Source: a virus
Virus record (IMG/VR): IMGVR_UViG_3300009152_000041
Span: 1,901 to 65,900 of that record
Strand: one strand, 5' to 3'
Length of the DNA: 64,000 nt
Part shown: positions 19,401 through 30,800 of the stretch, piece by piece
How positions within the stretch are numbered: position 1 is the stretch's first letter
How the letters are laid out: each line of letters opens with the position of its first letter
Translations under genes and position numbers: made by a program
Notes under the pieces: generated by a model
The model's input: the letters and a program-made list of their open reading frames with translations, nothing else
Database searches by the model: none
What the model was told of the DNA's origin: nothing

Positions 19401-21220
19401 TTGCATATGACCCGTGCGGGGTAGCACTGAATTCAAGAGTTAGATTTACGGTAGCTGCTGGATTATTGTATTCGGTAATTTCATAGGAACCATAATACTC
19501 ATACTGAAGTTTTACTGGTTCATACTTTAAAGAAGTGCTAACATTTTTCTTGCCCTTGGCAACTATTGAAGTTTCAAAAAACTGAGGAGTTGCATCGTAG
19601 TTAGTGACAAATAATCCAGCGTCATTTAAGTCTCCAACTCCTGGTTGATAATATGGTATTGCAATTTCTTCATCATAGTATCTAGAGCGAATTCTATTAA
19701 CACCCTCATTATCCTCTCCAGCGTAGTCCCAAATGCTATCTCCAAATCTAAAGTATCCCCAATTTGTAGGGTATCTTACATTTAAATCATCTACTAATTT
19801 TTTAAATAGATCAGTTGGATTACCATCTGCGGTAAAATATGGAGTTGAATATTCTATATCTGATATTTCTAAAATTTCAGGTGTTGCGCCTGGATAACTA
19901 GAAGATGGAGTGGCACCAAAAGCCTTCCAAAGATTTAACTCTCTTCTAAGAACTTTTTTAAATGATTCTATATCAGCGCCATTTGGATTTTTGAATACAT
20001 CTAGAATTCTTTCCTTATAGGAAGCGTTAGACTCAAGATGCATTCTAAATAAACCAACTCTTGCACCCATTTCGTCAAACCAGTTGTATCTTAATATTGG
20101 TGTTTGAGTTAAAGGAGTTACAGTTCCAGTATTTTCACTCTTTATTGAGAGATTTCCATATTCTTTTACTGTTAGAATTTCTCTATTTAAAGGGTTGTGA
20201 TAAAAAACATCATCAGAAATTTTTGATTTATAGAAATCAACAAGGTTATCTACTCTAGCTAATTCTAGAAGTTCATTAGATAATACTTTATTAAAAACAT
20301 TTGTTATATTTGTAGAAGAATACAACCAAGTTAATTGATTAACATCAGCTCTTTCTATAAAAGAGTTAATTCTAAATATATCTATTTCTCTATCAAAGTC
20401 ATCTAAATCTTCACCAATAACTGCATTTAAAAATTTGCCAGCTGTTGATTTTGGTACATATAAACTAGGAGTAGCCTGATCTATTGAGTCTTCATATAGA
20501 TGCATCCACGAAGGAAATCTGCCTAATACATTTTTTGTTGAACGTGAAATTACTGGGTTAGAAGGTTCTGATATAGCTACTTCTATTATAAGAAGAAAAC
20601 TTAAAGATGTTAATACTTCTAATTCCGTATTTACTACTACTTCAAATTTTGCATATCGCTTTACATCTTTTGATAGAAGTATTGATCCTAGAGCATTAGA
20701 AGTGGTAGTTACCGCTAGTAACCATGGTCCGATTTTGACTATCTGATTCGTATATATTTAAATCAAAAGTAATTGATTCAATACTGTTTAAGGAACTAGA
20801 AAAAGCTCCTTTAAAAGTTCTTATATCAATACGAGATGTTGTATCTATAAATCTATAGAGATAATCTTCTTCTGAATCAGCGGTAAAGATTGGCGTTGAA
20901 CTAGTATCTGGATCAAAAACAAAACTGTCACCGCTGACTGAATTTGAATTAAAGAATAAATGGGGACTTACACCAGGATCTAGATATAGTTCTCCAGTGT
21001 CAGTAACTGCATACGCACCTTCTATTGTTGGAGTGGCACCTTGTAATACGCTGGTTCCAGTATAAATGTAATCACCTAGTGAATTTAAACCAGTTGCTGA
21101 CCTAGTGTACGAGAAGTTTTTATAAAACTTATTTGAATAAAGGTCAATTACACTGGAGGTCCACAAATTATTACTTTTAGTGAAGTCTCCAGTGTTAAAG
21201 CTTAACAAATAGGTTTTCAT
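16441..21220 (-). CDS. giant baseplate/fibre protein, about 1592 aa, formed by joining track ORFs 20696-21220 and 16441-20505 with a +1 shift at CGG 20729-20731
   Basis: The frame of the 1354-aa ORF stays open upstream to 20757 with no ATG, GTG or TTG. The 0 frame reads ...CAA AAT CGG ACC ATG... TTC TAA. The +1 frame reads CCA TGG TTA CTA GCG... Both halves share the STP(I/Y)FTAD and GATP motifs. 4780 nt minus 1 equals 3 x 1593. Confidence 0.65.
20728..20731 (-). other. recoding site: in-frame CGG(A) at the 0 -> +1 frame transition
   Basis: CGG is codon 164 of ORF 20696-21220. The 0-frame stop lies 10 codons downstream. Confidence 0.6.
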
Positions 21221-21231
21221 TTATTAAACTC

Positions 21232-22449
21232 CTAAACCGCATCTAGCCAAATACTGTATTCGCAAGTAACTCCATTGTCGGGGTGAACAAACATCAAATG
21301 CTGACACGGTCTGCTCATTGAGGAAAAATACTCTTGAGCATAAGTGTTATAGCTTTCTGGTGAACCTGAGACCCTGAGCATTGAGCTACCTATGGTCATC
21401 TTAAACTGCTGATGATAGTGGCCCATAAATATATCTTCGAAGTGCTCTGGGATTGCGCCATCTTTCCACCCCATTGCCCTCTTATAGTAGCCATGATATT
21501 GTCCTGGTGCAGGCATTTGGTCACCATGAATTAATAGAGAACTGTAGTTACCTATGGTGTCTACAGCGTACCAATGTCTTTCACCTTTTCCATCTGGAAT
21601 ATTAAAGGTTATTCTTGGCTCTTGTCTTCCTTCTTTGTAAAAGAATTCCATTGACTTGTAAAGCAGTCTGTCCATATTTGTTTCTGGATCATGCATCTTT
21701 CTACCACGTCCGCCTACTGCGCCGTGATTTCCTATCACGCCAGTAACATGTACGTGCTCAAAGTGTTGCAATACAGTGTCAAAGAACTTGCTCAGAATTG
21801 CTGGACCGTTAACGCCTACTTGTCTATAGAGTCCAGAATCTATAAGGTGAGCTTGTCCTGGGAATATTTCTTCACCCTCTACGATGTCACCCAACAGCCA
21901 TACGTGAAGATTTTTAACGGGATGATGCTTCCTTTGTATTTCCGTTATTTCTAGCAGTTTCTGAGTATAAACTTCTATTCTTTCTGCCAAAACTTCAGAG
22001 TTATAATCAGGAGTTATCTTACCCAATTGCCAATCCGCAAATACCGCTACTGCCGTTTCAGGAACACCTGGTAACACCTTAAGTGTTGGGCCCTTAATGG
22101 GAGCAGTTTCTATAGATGAAAAGGCATCAAATGCAGCTTGATACACTGCATAAACTGTTTCGTCTTTTACGTTCTTATTCTTTTCAGCTATTTTAGCCAA
22201 ACGTCTATTCTCAGATCTTAAAAAGATAGATTGATCAGCAGCTGTGGCTTCATGACTATCTAAGAAGATTTGAGCGTCTTGCTCTTCTTCATTCCACACT
22301 TCTGTTATTCCAGTTTCTATTATTTCACAATCATCATGTAGTACTTCGCCAGGAAAGTTATCATACCCTTCTGATACCATTCTTGCATGGGTCATGTTTT
22401 TTGCTTTTACTATCTGCTTTCTTATAACAGAGTAAGTTTGTTCAGACAT
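21232..22449 (-). CDS. calcineurin-like metallophosphoesterase (405 aa)
   Basis: Motifs LLGDIVEGEE (GDxxxG), VIGNHG (GNH), LIHGDQ and MGHYH (GHxH) occur in the canonical order. Confidence 0.6.
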   Translation of the reverse strand: MSEQTYSVIRKQIVKAKNMTHARMVSEGYDNFPGEVLHDDCEIIETGITEVWNEEEQDAQIFLDSHEATAADQSIFLRSENRRLAKIAEKNKNVKDETVYAVYQAAFDAFSSIETAPIKGPTLKVLPGVPETAVAVFADWQLGKITPDYNSEVLAERIEVYTQKLLEITEIQRKHHPVKNLHVWLLGDIVEGEEIFPGQAHLIDSGLYRQVGVNGPAILSKFFDTVLQHFEHVHVTGVIGNHGAVGGRGRKMHDPETNMDRLLYKSMEFFYKEGRQEPRITFNIPDGKGERHWYAVDTIGNYSSLLIHGDQMPAPGQYHGYYKRAMGWKDGAIPEHFEDIFMGHYHQQFKMTIGSSMLRVSGSPESYNTYAQEYFSSMSRPCQHLMFVHPDNGVTCEYSIWLDAV

Positions 22450-22472
22450 TAATTTACACCTTTTCTACTAGT

Positions 22473-23633
22473 TTACGCTCCCATTATAACAGAGAATAGG
22501 CTAAGCGTACCAGCAGCCATGTAACTTTTATCATCAGATAGTCTATAATCTTTATTGGGTATATTCCTATTATCTACCTTAATATTACCAACAGTGACAG
22601 ACATGATTAGCTCTGAAGAAAGCTTCATCTGTCTTTCTATTTCTGATATTGAAACTGAGTCACCAATTGTGAGACTGTTTAAATATCTATTTAAGAAAAT
22701 CTTTGATTGATTTTCTACGCTTCTAGCAATTGCTCCCGCTGTTCCCTCTCTTAGGGTCAAGGTAGCTGAAACATCTACTAATTTTTTAGTAGCTATTCTA
22801 AGATTCATATTAATACCAACTGGTTTAACTGCTTTAATTTTTTCGTAAACCAACTGACTCATTATACTTATTCCAGCTTGAGTTTCTGGTATAACAACTA
22901 TATCGCAAGTACCAACACCAAGAGAAGCTTCTCTTATTTTTACATCCCTTACACCTTTAACTGACAAGGCTGCAAACCTAACGGATTCTGCGGTACCTGA
23001 AGAGGAACCTCTAATTCCTGAAACTATTCTTCTTCTATAGTTATCGTCAGATTCAGAGTTAAGACTACTATAAACTTCCTTCGGATTATTACAGTACACT
23101 ACGATACCCGGAGGTGATATGAAATTATGTTTTACCAAGGTATTTCTAGCTGCAGTTACATTGTTGTCTGCAAATTTTGCCTTAACTGACCCATAGGCTC
23201 TTGTGTTGCCAGTTGTTATAACGATATCTGAATTTAGCTCATACTGATATTGGGTTGAAGAAAATGCTGTCGTATCATTATATACGAGCGTTCCCTTTGG
23301 AATGGTTACGGTTGAACTGTGAGTTGTATTTAAATAAAATTCTATATTTCCAGTAACTCTTTCTGGGACTAGTTCAGATGATATCGTTCTACGCTGCACG
23401 TTATATAGGGTGCCTATCATATCTAGGTTGATTCCTGAAGCCGTTGAAAGATTAGATTGCTCTATACTCACCTTTAAAGAGTTATAAAGATCGCTAATTT
23501 CAGAATGAATTGCTTCCGCAAAAGCTCTAGCTATTGATCCAGGAGAGATGGCACTGATTCCTGCGTTTTTTTGCAGGGCGTTAAGAGTAGCTACCAGCAT
23601 TTGCTCTTTACTCTTTATGTTAACTGATACCAC
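22473..23633 (-). CDS. baseplate J / gp6-like wedge protein (386 aa)
   Basis: Its size and its position immediately after a gp25/gpW-like gene fit. GTG start after GGAGCC. Overall resemblance to the Baseplate_J family is from memory, not searched. Confidence 0.5.
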   Translation of the reverse strand: MVSVNIKSKEQMLVATLNALQKNAGISAISPGSIARAFAEAIHSEISDLYNSLKVSIEQSNLSTASGINLDMIGTLYNVQRRTISSELVPERVTGNIEFYLNTTHSSTVTIPKGTLVYNDTTAFSSTQYQYELNSDIVITTGNTRAYGSVKAKFADNNVTAARNTLVKHNFISPPGIVVYCNNPKEVYSSLNSESDDNYRRRIVSGIRGSSSGTAESVRFAALSVKGVRDVKIREASLGVGTCDIVVIPETQAGISIMSQLVYEKIKAVKPVGINMNLRIATKKLVDVSATLTLREGTAGAIARSVENQSKIFLNRYLNSLTIGDSVSISEIERQMKLSSELIMSVTVGNIKVDNRNIPNKDYRLSDDKSYMAAGTLSLFSVIMGA

Positions 23634-23634
23634 T

Positions 23635-24015
23635 TTAGGCTCCTAAGTCTTGCGTTATGGACAATATCGTAGGTTCATTTAAGTCACCCATTAAATAAAC
23701 ATCAAACCTAATGGAGTCTGCGGAAACCGGTACTGCTTCAATAGTAATTTGTCTGTTTTTAAAAACCCCTTCTCTTTCTAGGGCTGCACGAATTAATCTT
23801 TTGCCGAAGTCACCAGTTTGAGGGTTTTGAGGCATTCCGTATAACATCGACAGTTGAGTCCCTAGTTGAGGGTAGATGAAGAAGTCACCTGGCTCAGTCA
23901 TCAACCTCATGTATACATGCTGTATATCTTTTTCTGACATAGATTGGACTAAGCCCAAATCTCCAGATCCATTTACCACTAAATCACCACTAAGGCTGAT
24001 ATAAAAATCAGACAT
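23635..24015 (-). CDS. gp25/GPW-like baseplate wedge protein (126 aa)
   Basis: Small protein. D(L/I)x(L/V)...G(D)L...(V/I) N-terminus and ...YP.(L/F)G..L...(G/.)... core typical of gpW/gp25 proteins. Sits between the hub and the J-like gene. Confidence 0.55.
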   Translation of the reverse strand: MSDFYISLSGDLVVNGSGDLGLVQSMSEKDIQHVYMRLMTEPGDFFIYPQLGTQLSMLYGMPQNPQTGDFGKRLIRAALEREGVFKNRQITIEAVPVSADSIRFDVYLMGDLNEPTILSITQDLGA

Positions 24016-24736
24016 TATTGTCTCCTATGCTTTCTTTAACAATATCTAACGCCTGGTTTATCGAACGTCCATTAGACATTAGGTCTCTTATTCTATTTAT
24101 TAAATTAGCCTTTGACATACTCTCTGCATTAAACAACGCAGAAGAGTTCCTATCCCAAAAAGAATCTAATTTAATAATATCTTCTTTTGTAAAATCATTA
24201 TCTAATGAAGAATTTTCCAATACATCCACCGAGACAACATCAGTGTTAGTGGTTTCTCTATAGGCGTAGCTGCCGTTAATAGTAACTGTCTGTTGTGAAT
24301 CTTCTTGGTCTATTAAATCTAAATTCTTTATGTAATGATCCATATTTAAAAAAGCTGGATTATAAGATTTATCATTTGCGCTGACAAATGCTGGCTCGGA
24401 AAACACAGTTGCCGAATGATTAAACTCCATAGAGTTCCATTTTAAACCATCTTCTTTTGTAAAAAACTTAATATTATCCGCAAAAAGAGAAATGGTTTTT
24501 GTTGATCCATTTATGACTATACCTACTCCAGGCGCTGAAAATATTTCTATATCACCAGAATCCGTTAGTCTTATAAAAGATGAATTATCCGGATGAGTAA
24601 GTCCTACTTCTCTTTGGGAAAAGTTTTTTCTCCTACTTAATTCATCTAACTCAGAAGCGGTCTTGCCAGCTACTGATTCAAAAGACTTTTGTGCATGAAT
24701 TTTTTCTGACATTTTAAACCATAAACTTTGGTACAC
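24008..24736 (-). CDS. hypothetical baseplate protein (242 aa; the true start may be the ATG at 24712)
   Basis: Intact ORF. The second Met (MSEKIH...) begins 1 nt after the upstream TAA, so it may be the real start. Confidence 0.5.
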   Translation of the reverse strand: MYQSLWFKMSEKIHAQKSFESVAGKTASELDELSRRKNFSQREVGLTHPDNSSFIRLTDSGDIEIFSAPGVGIVINGSTKTISLFADNIKFFTKEDGLKWNSMEFNHSATVFSEPAFVSANDKSYNPAFLNMDHYIKNLDLIDQEDSQQTVTINGSYAYRETTNTDVVSVDVLENSSLDNDFTKEDIIKLDSFWDRNSSALFNAESMSKANLINRIRDLMSNGRSINQALDIVKESIGDNNV

Positions 24737-25076
24737 CAGTGTCTACACTGTAGTTGGGCATATATCTTCCTACGCTATTTGTATCGTCTATATATGATAC
24801 TATATGTGGAAATCTTTCATTGGCATCCGCGAAACCAACTATACATCTCGTGCCTGCTGTTGGTGCAACGCTTTGTACGCCAAGGGTAGATGGACATGGA
24901 ACGCTTCTTAATATGTTGCCAACTTGATTTGTCATCCTATCGTCTAGGATAATTACAGCTGTATTGGTCATTTTATTATATGACATAATAGTTCCAGATC
25001 TTGTTTTAGATTGCTGAAGCTGATTATTGCTAATGTGTGAATTTAATTTTTCATCAAACTTTGGATACTGTTTCAT
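24714..25076 (-). CDS. gpV-like baseplate spike/hub OB-fold protein (120 aa)
   Basis: The pattern G-T-I-x-S-Y-x5-TA-V-I-x-L...VPC...G-x-R-C-I-V-G-F resembles P2 gpV / Mu gp45 N-domains. AAGGGGA SD. Confidence 0.45.
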   Translation of the reverse strand: MKQYPKFDEKLNSHISNNQLQQSKTRSGTIMSYNKMTNTAVIILDDRMTNQVGNILRSVPCPSTLGVQSVAPTAGTRCIVGFADANERFPHIVSYIDDTNSVGRYMPNYSVDTGVPKFMV

Positions 25077-25087
25077 ATGTTATCCCC

Positions 25088-27842
25088 TTATGCGCTCCAC
25101 GCAGATGATGTTCCAGCATACTCATACTTACTTCCTGGGAAGGTTGTTGAATTTATATTTCTTGGTCTTATTCTTTCTGAACCTTGACTCTCATCGTGCT
25201 GGTCAACATATTGACCGTTTCCCACTGAAATCCCTACGTGGCCATAGCCATCGGCCCCACCCTTCCAAAACACCAAATAACCAGCTGGTGGGTTCTTTCC
25301 AAATTCGGTGTTTGGTCCATAGAATGAGGAGCTAGATATAAGATTAGACAGGTGTTCTCCTGCTGTTGGGAATGAGCTAAGACTAGGTGTGGGCACGGTA
25401 TATTCAGGTGCGTTGCCGGCAGTTCCCCACTCATCTGTAAACAGTGCAGTTTGGGCTGTACCAAATAATCCTAAAGCTGCTGAGAGAACTCTGGCAAATC
25501 TATCACAGCCAAAATTAGGGGGATCCAAAAGATCTGGACGGTACTTAGTCAACCATTGAGGAATTTTGTTAGTACTAATCCAATCTGCGGCTTCTTCGAT
25601 TTGGTACTTAGTGAAAGATGCGGGAGACCCATCTCCACCAGCACCTTGTTTTTCAACTACGTCAACGTTATAGGTGATAACTCCACTATCGCCTTCGTTT
25701 ATCAATGAACCATCTTTAGCATGATCATAGAATACCGTACCGTCCATCCACTGTTCTATGTAATTTATTGTTCTTTTATTACTCTTTTTGAAGTTTACTC
25801 TAACCCAATCCTCTAGCGTTTCTATGGGTTTTCCTGTTGTTAAATATACGTTAACAGCATTTTGAAATTTTGTTCCGAATATAAATCCACAATCAGATCT
25901 TGGTGTACCATCTGAATTATTATAATCTCCCCAATGGAAAAAACCGTTAGATCCATCTATCTTATTTACGTTTTTGAAATCTGATCTACCCCACTTATCC
26001 ATCAGCATCCAAACTTGATTAATCGGAAACCACAACCTATCATCGGTAGTAGACTTTGAAGCCTCTTTATTGGTGGTTGTAGTATAAATATCTACTAATT
26101 TTTTTGCTACTGCATTAGGATCCCAGGAAGAGGCTTCAGTAGCAGAGTACATTAACCTATGGGCTTTAACTAATTGCTTTGTTGCAGCAGAACCATCGTA
26201 ATAAATTGGCACGTTGCTTGATGTGTTAGTTGACCTCGTAATTAAGGAAATTAAATTATACTGAAACATTCCAATTGAAACGTCACCACCCCAACTTGTT
26301 TTACTGTCACTGCATTTGCCGTTATAACCCGCTGGACTAGCTCCACTCTCTCTTCCCGCTACAGCGCAAAAAATTGCTGCTGCCTCATCAGAGAATGGAC
26401 CTTCTTGGGAAAGCATTATGAATAGCTCGTAAGGAGTTATTGGTGGACCACCATTTTTGTAATTTTTATAGGCTTTTTCTTTTGCTGATGCCCCACTTGC
26501 TGAATCATCTACTGGGTTTCCATTTTCATCAAACTTTTGAGCTGAAGCATCAGAGGTTGTCCAGCCGCCAGAACCAATATATTTACCACCTCTTTGTGGA
26601 CTGAAACTAATGTGTATATTTTCTGTGTGTTCTGGACCAAATTCAAAGTTAACATATTTTAGATTTGGATATTGTGTTTTGATTGCAGTATCAACTGACT
26701 CAAAACCTTCTCCAATTCCTTTATCCTTTGCAACGTCTGGATCAATTACTATAAGATCTGGCATTAGCGGTTGTGGCATTGTGTTTAACTTTTGCAAAAC
26801 AATATCTAAGGCAACTGCGTATCTCTCTTTACCTCTTATTACGCCATAATCACCAACTGATCTAATATCAAATGCTCTTCCAAAAACATGATCAGAAATA
26901 GAGTTCTTAGCATTTTTGTCAATTCCACTTTCTGGATTTGAATGCCTACTCGTCTTATCGCTTTCTGACAACACTGCTCTATTAAGAGCAAATGTTCCAT
27001 TTATTTTAACGCCTTTATTTACATCTGTCATCATTAATAAACATTCTATTAGAGAAGCGCTAATAAATGCTTTTTTCTTAGGAGAACTTATTAACGATGA
27101 TTCAACCGATAACTCAGTTGAGTCAACATTATAATATGAATTTGTTTGCACGAAAGAATAGGAAGATAGAACATCTGGTATGTCAAAATCAAACCCAATT
27201 GTTAAAGCTGGCTCATTAATAGATTGCTTAAGTAATGTTCCTCTGTCTATATAGATTTGCTTCTCTTCTTCACTTAATTCTTCTTCTGCTGCAATAGCTC
27301 TTTCTCCTAAGCCTGGAGCTTCACTATCTATTGTATAGGCGGTGCTATTGTGTGTGAATAGTGCTCCAGTGGAATCTCCAACTTTAGACTTATCATTTCC
27401 TGGCCATTTTCCATTTGTTGACTCCAGTAAAGGGTTTAGAACTGACGTTGGTGCAAAACCAGTTCCAACTAAAGACTGAGAAACTACTTTCAAGTATGCT
27501 TGGTCACCTTTTAATACATCAACATCTCCCGGTCCTTGATAATCTGGATTAGCTATCTGGAATGCATCACCAGACTGAATTCCCGTTGCAAGAATGGAAT
27601 GAAGGGATGATCTAACGAACCTAGACGATGCGTCTGCTAATGCTGCAGGATTTCTAGTTAATGCTCCGTCCAGCCATTATGTCTGTTAAATTTCTAGATG
27701 TTAATGTCTGATTTGCGTACTTTTCTTTTGAAGCTGAAGTATGTAAGCTATTCGCTCCATCGGGATTATAGCCTTCCGACAACTTTGATATAAAAGCAGC
27801 AGAATCATTAAAGTCATTTAGATTAAAATTAAAATCAGACAT
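25088..27842 (-). CDS. virion-associated peptidoglycan hydrolase, about 917 aa, with three catalytic-type domains (M15-like, SLT-like, CHAP/NlpC-P60-like); joins track ORFs 27654-27842 and 25088-27493 with a +1 shift at CGG 27666-27668
   Basis: The 801-aa frame is open upstream to 27676 with no start codon except the TTG at 27493 (no SD). The 0 frame reads ATG GCT GGA CGG AGC ATT AAC TAG. The +1 frame reads GCA TTA ACT AGA AAT CCT... Domain motifs: SDHVFGRAFDI...EHTENIH (M15/VanY-like); AGRESGASP...SIGMFQYN (lytic transglycosylase E-S...G-(L/M)-(M/F)-Q); FGCDRFARV...GYGHVGISVG (CHAP/NlpC-P60 Cys...His). Confidence 0.65.
27665..27668 (-). other. recoding site: in-frame CGG(A) at the 0 -> +1 frame transition
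   Basis: CGG is codon 59 of ORF 27654-27842. The 0-frame TAG lies 3 codons downstream. The +1 frame opens 2 codons upstream. Confidence 0.6.
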
Positions 27843-27844
27843 TA

Positions 27845-30800
27845 TTACAATCCACCCTTTTGTTCAACAAGACTAGGCATTGGTATAGATCTATCTAAGC
27901 CGCCAGTAGATGCTCTCTCTCTTAATAGGTCTACGGTGTAGACTTGAGCTAAGTTATTTGTTACTAGTTCCCAGTTAAGAGTTGCTGGTACTCCGTCATT
28001 ATAGTACTCATCCCAAGAAATATATGGCCATTCTGAAGCTTTTGAATAAAGAACTTCTAATATTTTAAAGTTAACTAAATCATTAAACAATTTTCTTTCA
28101 TCATTAGTTATAGTTAATAATGGGTCCGTTTCTCCAGTAATTTCAAAATGATTTTCCATACCAGAAGTATATATTGAGTTATATATTTCATCAAACTTTT
28201 GACCAAATACTGATTCTTGATAAAGATTTTTTTTGAATTTTTCTTTTTTCTGTATAATATTTAAGCCAAGATTTTGCACAAAGAAAGATCTTACTATAGA
28301 AATATTTGTTTCTTTATCCTCATCGAGGATCCTGTAAAATACGGTTCCTAAAGATTTTTCTCTTTCTTGGTCTCCATAATTAACACCCTTAAAATAACTA
28401 TTTGTATTATTAATTCTTGAACCAGGCGACAAGTCATCTTCTGTGTAAATAGAAACTGAAGATTGATCATTTGGAGAAATTCTAATAACAAAAGGCTTAT
28501 CTCTGAGTCTTTCACTTACGAAAATTGCTGCTCTTCCACCTGGTGAATTAACGTTTATTGCAGTCGTTGGATCATCTGGTTTATACCCAGCTTGTATAGA
28601 AGTATTTGTGTAGGCTTGAAAAGTGCCAAGACTTGAAGCTATTATTCCCTCTAGTCTGACCTTAAAAGGTTGACCAGTTGGATTCATCAAATCTATAACT
28701 TCTATCTCATCACCATCTATAACATTGTTTAATTTGCATATCACTTTAAAGTATTGATTTAACCCAGTTTTATCTGGACCAGTTCCAGAATATTTTAATA
28801 CCTCAGCGTTAACTAATGCATTTTCGTAACTCACATATCTTACTAGGTCGGTTATTTCTTTTTCTTTCCAACCTAAACTCTTAAGTAAGTCGTCATTTCT
28901 AATAAATGCATTGCCGTCAACGGTTCTAACCTTGCTCTTTACTCCTAAGATTCCAGGAAGAAGTCTCTTTGTATGATATCTACCAACAACCATTCCTTGA
29001 TTTATTGCAAGACTAGCATCCATCGGTTGACCGTTTTTATTCAGGTAAGATATATAACAACCATGTTGATCTAAAACGTTATCCCTTACCCACTTCCAGC
29101 CCTTCCAAAATAAATCAGATGCTATTCCAGCACCAATTCCAGCACCAATTGGTCCACCAAGAAGTGCCCCAGCTGTTGCGGTTAAGCCAACGGTAGTCAA
29201 GTAAGTTGCTGCAATTCCAGTTAAGCTCATTCCATTTTCAGAGTTTTGCTTCATCTGATTCTCTATTTGAGATTGAGCGTCTGTTAATCCTTCGGCCGCA
29301 AAGTTTGCCATTATGTCAGACATGAGTGCGCTTGATCCATGAGTAAACTGTACGCCACCCATCATTTGTGACCTTAGCGCCTCTGACATTCCATCAACGG
29401 AGATATTTCCACCAGACAAGATTCCAGTACTTCCAGCTTGCACTGAGTTAATTAAACTTCTTGTATCATTTCTTATATTCTGAATTGACATCCAAGAGTG
29501 AATCCAACTGGACATAAACCATCTAGCTGGATCATTTACGGTTACAAGAGCGTTAGGCGTAATAGAAGTGATGAATCCCATATTTGGGGTAAAGTGATGA
29601 ACCACTTGTTCAACTTCAAAAATTCCATACATTCTTTCATAGACGTCAGCTAGATAAACTAAGTCATGAGGTCTTATGTCTGGACTTCCTATTACAATTA
29701 ACTCTCCAGAATAAATATCTTTTAAAGATTCTTTAAGGTGAGCTAAGGCAACTCTTCTTGCCATTAGTTCATCTGGCGCACCTTGAGATAGTTTTATTGC
29801 TCCTCTTGCAAATTCTATTGGATGGAACAACGGTTGAGCAATTCCGAATAAACCTTCGCCAGCTATATTGTCAAAAAATAAACCAGTCTCTACAGTTTTT
29901 TCAACCTGTCTTTCTGCTGGAATGCTCTTATCCAAAGCTACTGTTACTGGATACTTTCCTTCAGATACAGCGGTTACTTGAGTTGCTACGTTAGTTGTAG
30001 TCTCTTGTATATTATTGGCTATGATAGTTGAAAATGAACTTAAGTAATGTATTTTTTGAAATGGCTCACGTACTTCAACTACTGGTTCACCATACTCTCT
30101 AGTAAATGGATTGTCAATGGCCCTTAGAAGTGATCCAGGTCTTCCTAATGAGTAGTAAATAGAATCGTTTAATACTTTATTCATAATGTTTGCTTGCTTA
30201 GAGAAGTTGTCTATATTAGACAAACCATATCCCATCTGAAGCATCGACATTCTAAACATGTTCATTAGACCTGATAGGCCATCGCTTAGTGCCGTAAACA
30301 ATGGCCCAATATTTTGATCCCAGAATTTATCAATATTATGAGTTAGTACACCAACTACGTTACCTGCACTATTTCCCTCACCTTTATTGTCTGCTAAAAG
30401 TTTTAAGAACTTTCTTTTATTTGATGCGTAGTCTTGATTTGGATCAATAAATGCAGCAAATATTTTATGAACAGGGCTAAAGTCCCACATATCATCACTC
30501 GAATACTGTCTGTTTGGTTTTAGTACCAACCAAGCTCGTGCATATGCGTCCTGCCACATTGCTTGTCTAAACATTCCAACTATTAATAAAAACACTTGCT
30601 TTGGTGTAAAGTTATCTTTAATTATATCATCTGCTTTTGGCTGCCCACCACCAACATCAGCACCAAGTATTAAAGACAAATTAGATTGCGACTGTAAGAA
30701 TAATCCTAATTTTTTATATTTTGTTTTTGTTAAAGCATCGAAATATCTGACCAACCCACCTTCATCAAGAGGTGCATCAACTAAGTTTTTTCTAGCGAAT

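Noticed and set aside
28300-28790. Staphylococcal-nuclease-like (SNase/OB) domain near the C-terminus of the 3798-aa protein (VIDGDEIEVIDL...FKVRLEGIIASS...LGTVFYRI).
   Set aside because: The spacing resembles V-DGDT-x-V...(V/I)RL-x-GIDAPE...YGR. However, the catalytic and Ca-binding residues are not conserved (IIASS in place of IDAPE). I cannot support an active nuclease call from sequence alone.
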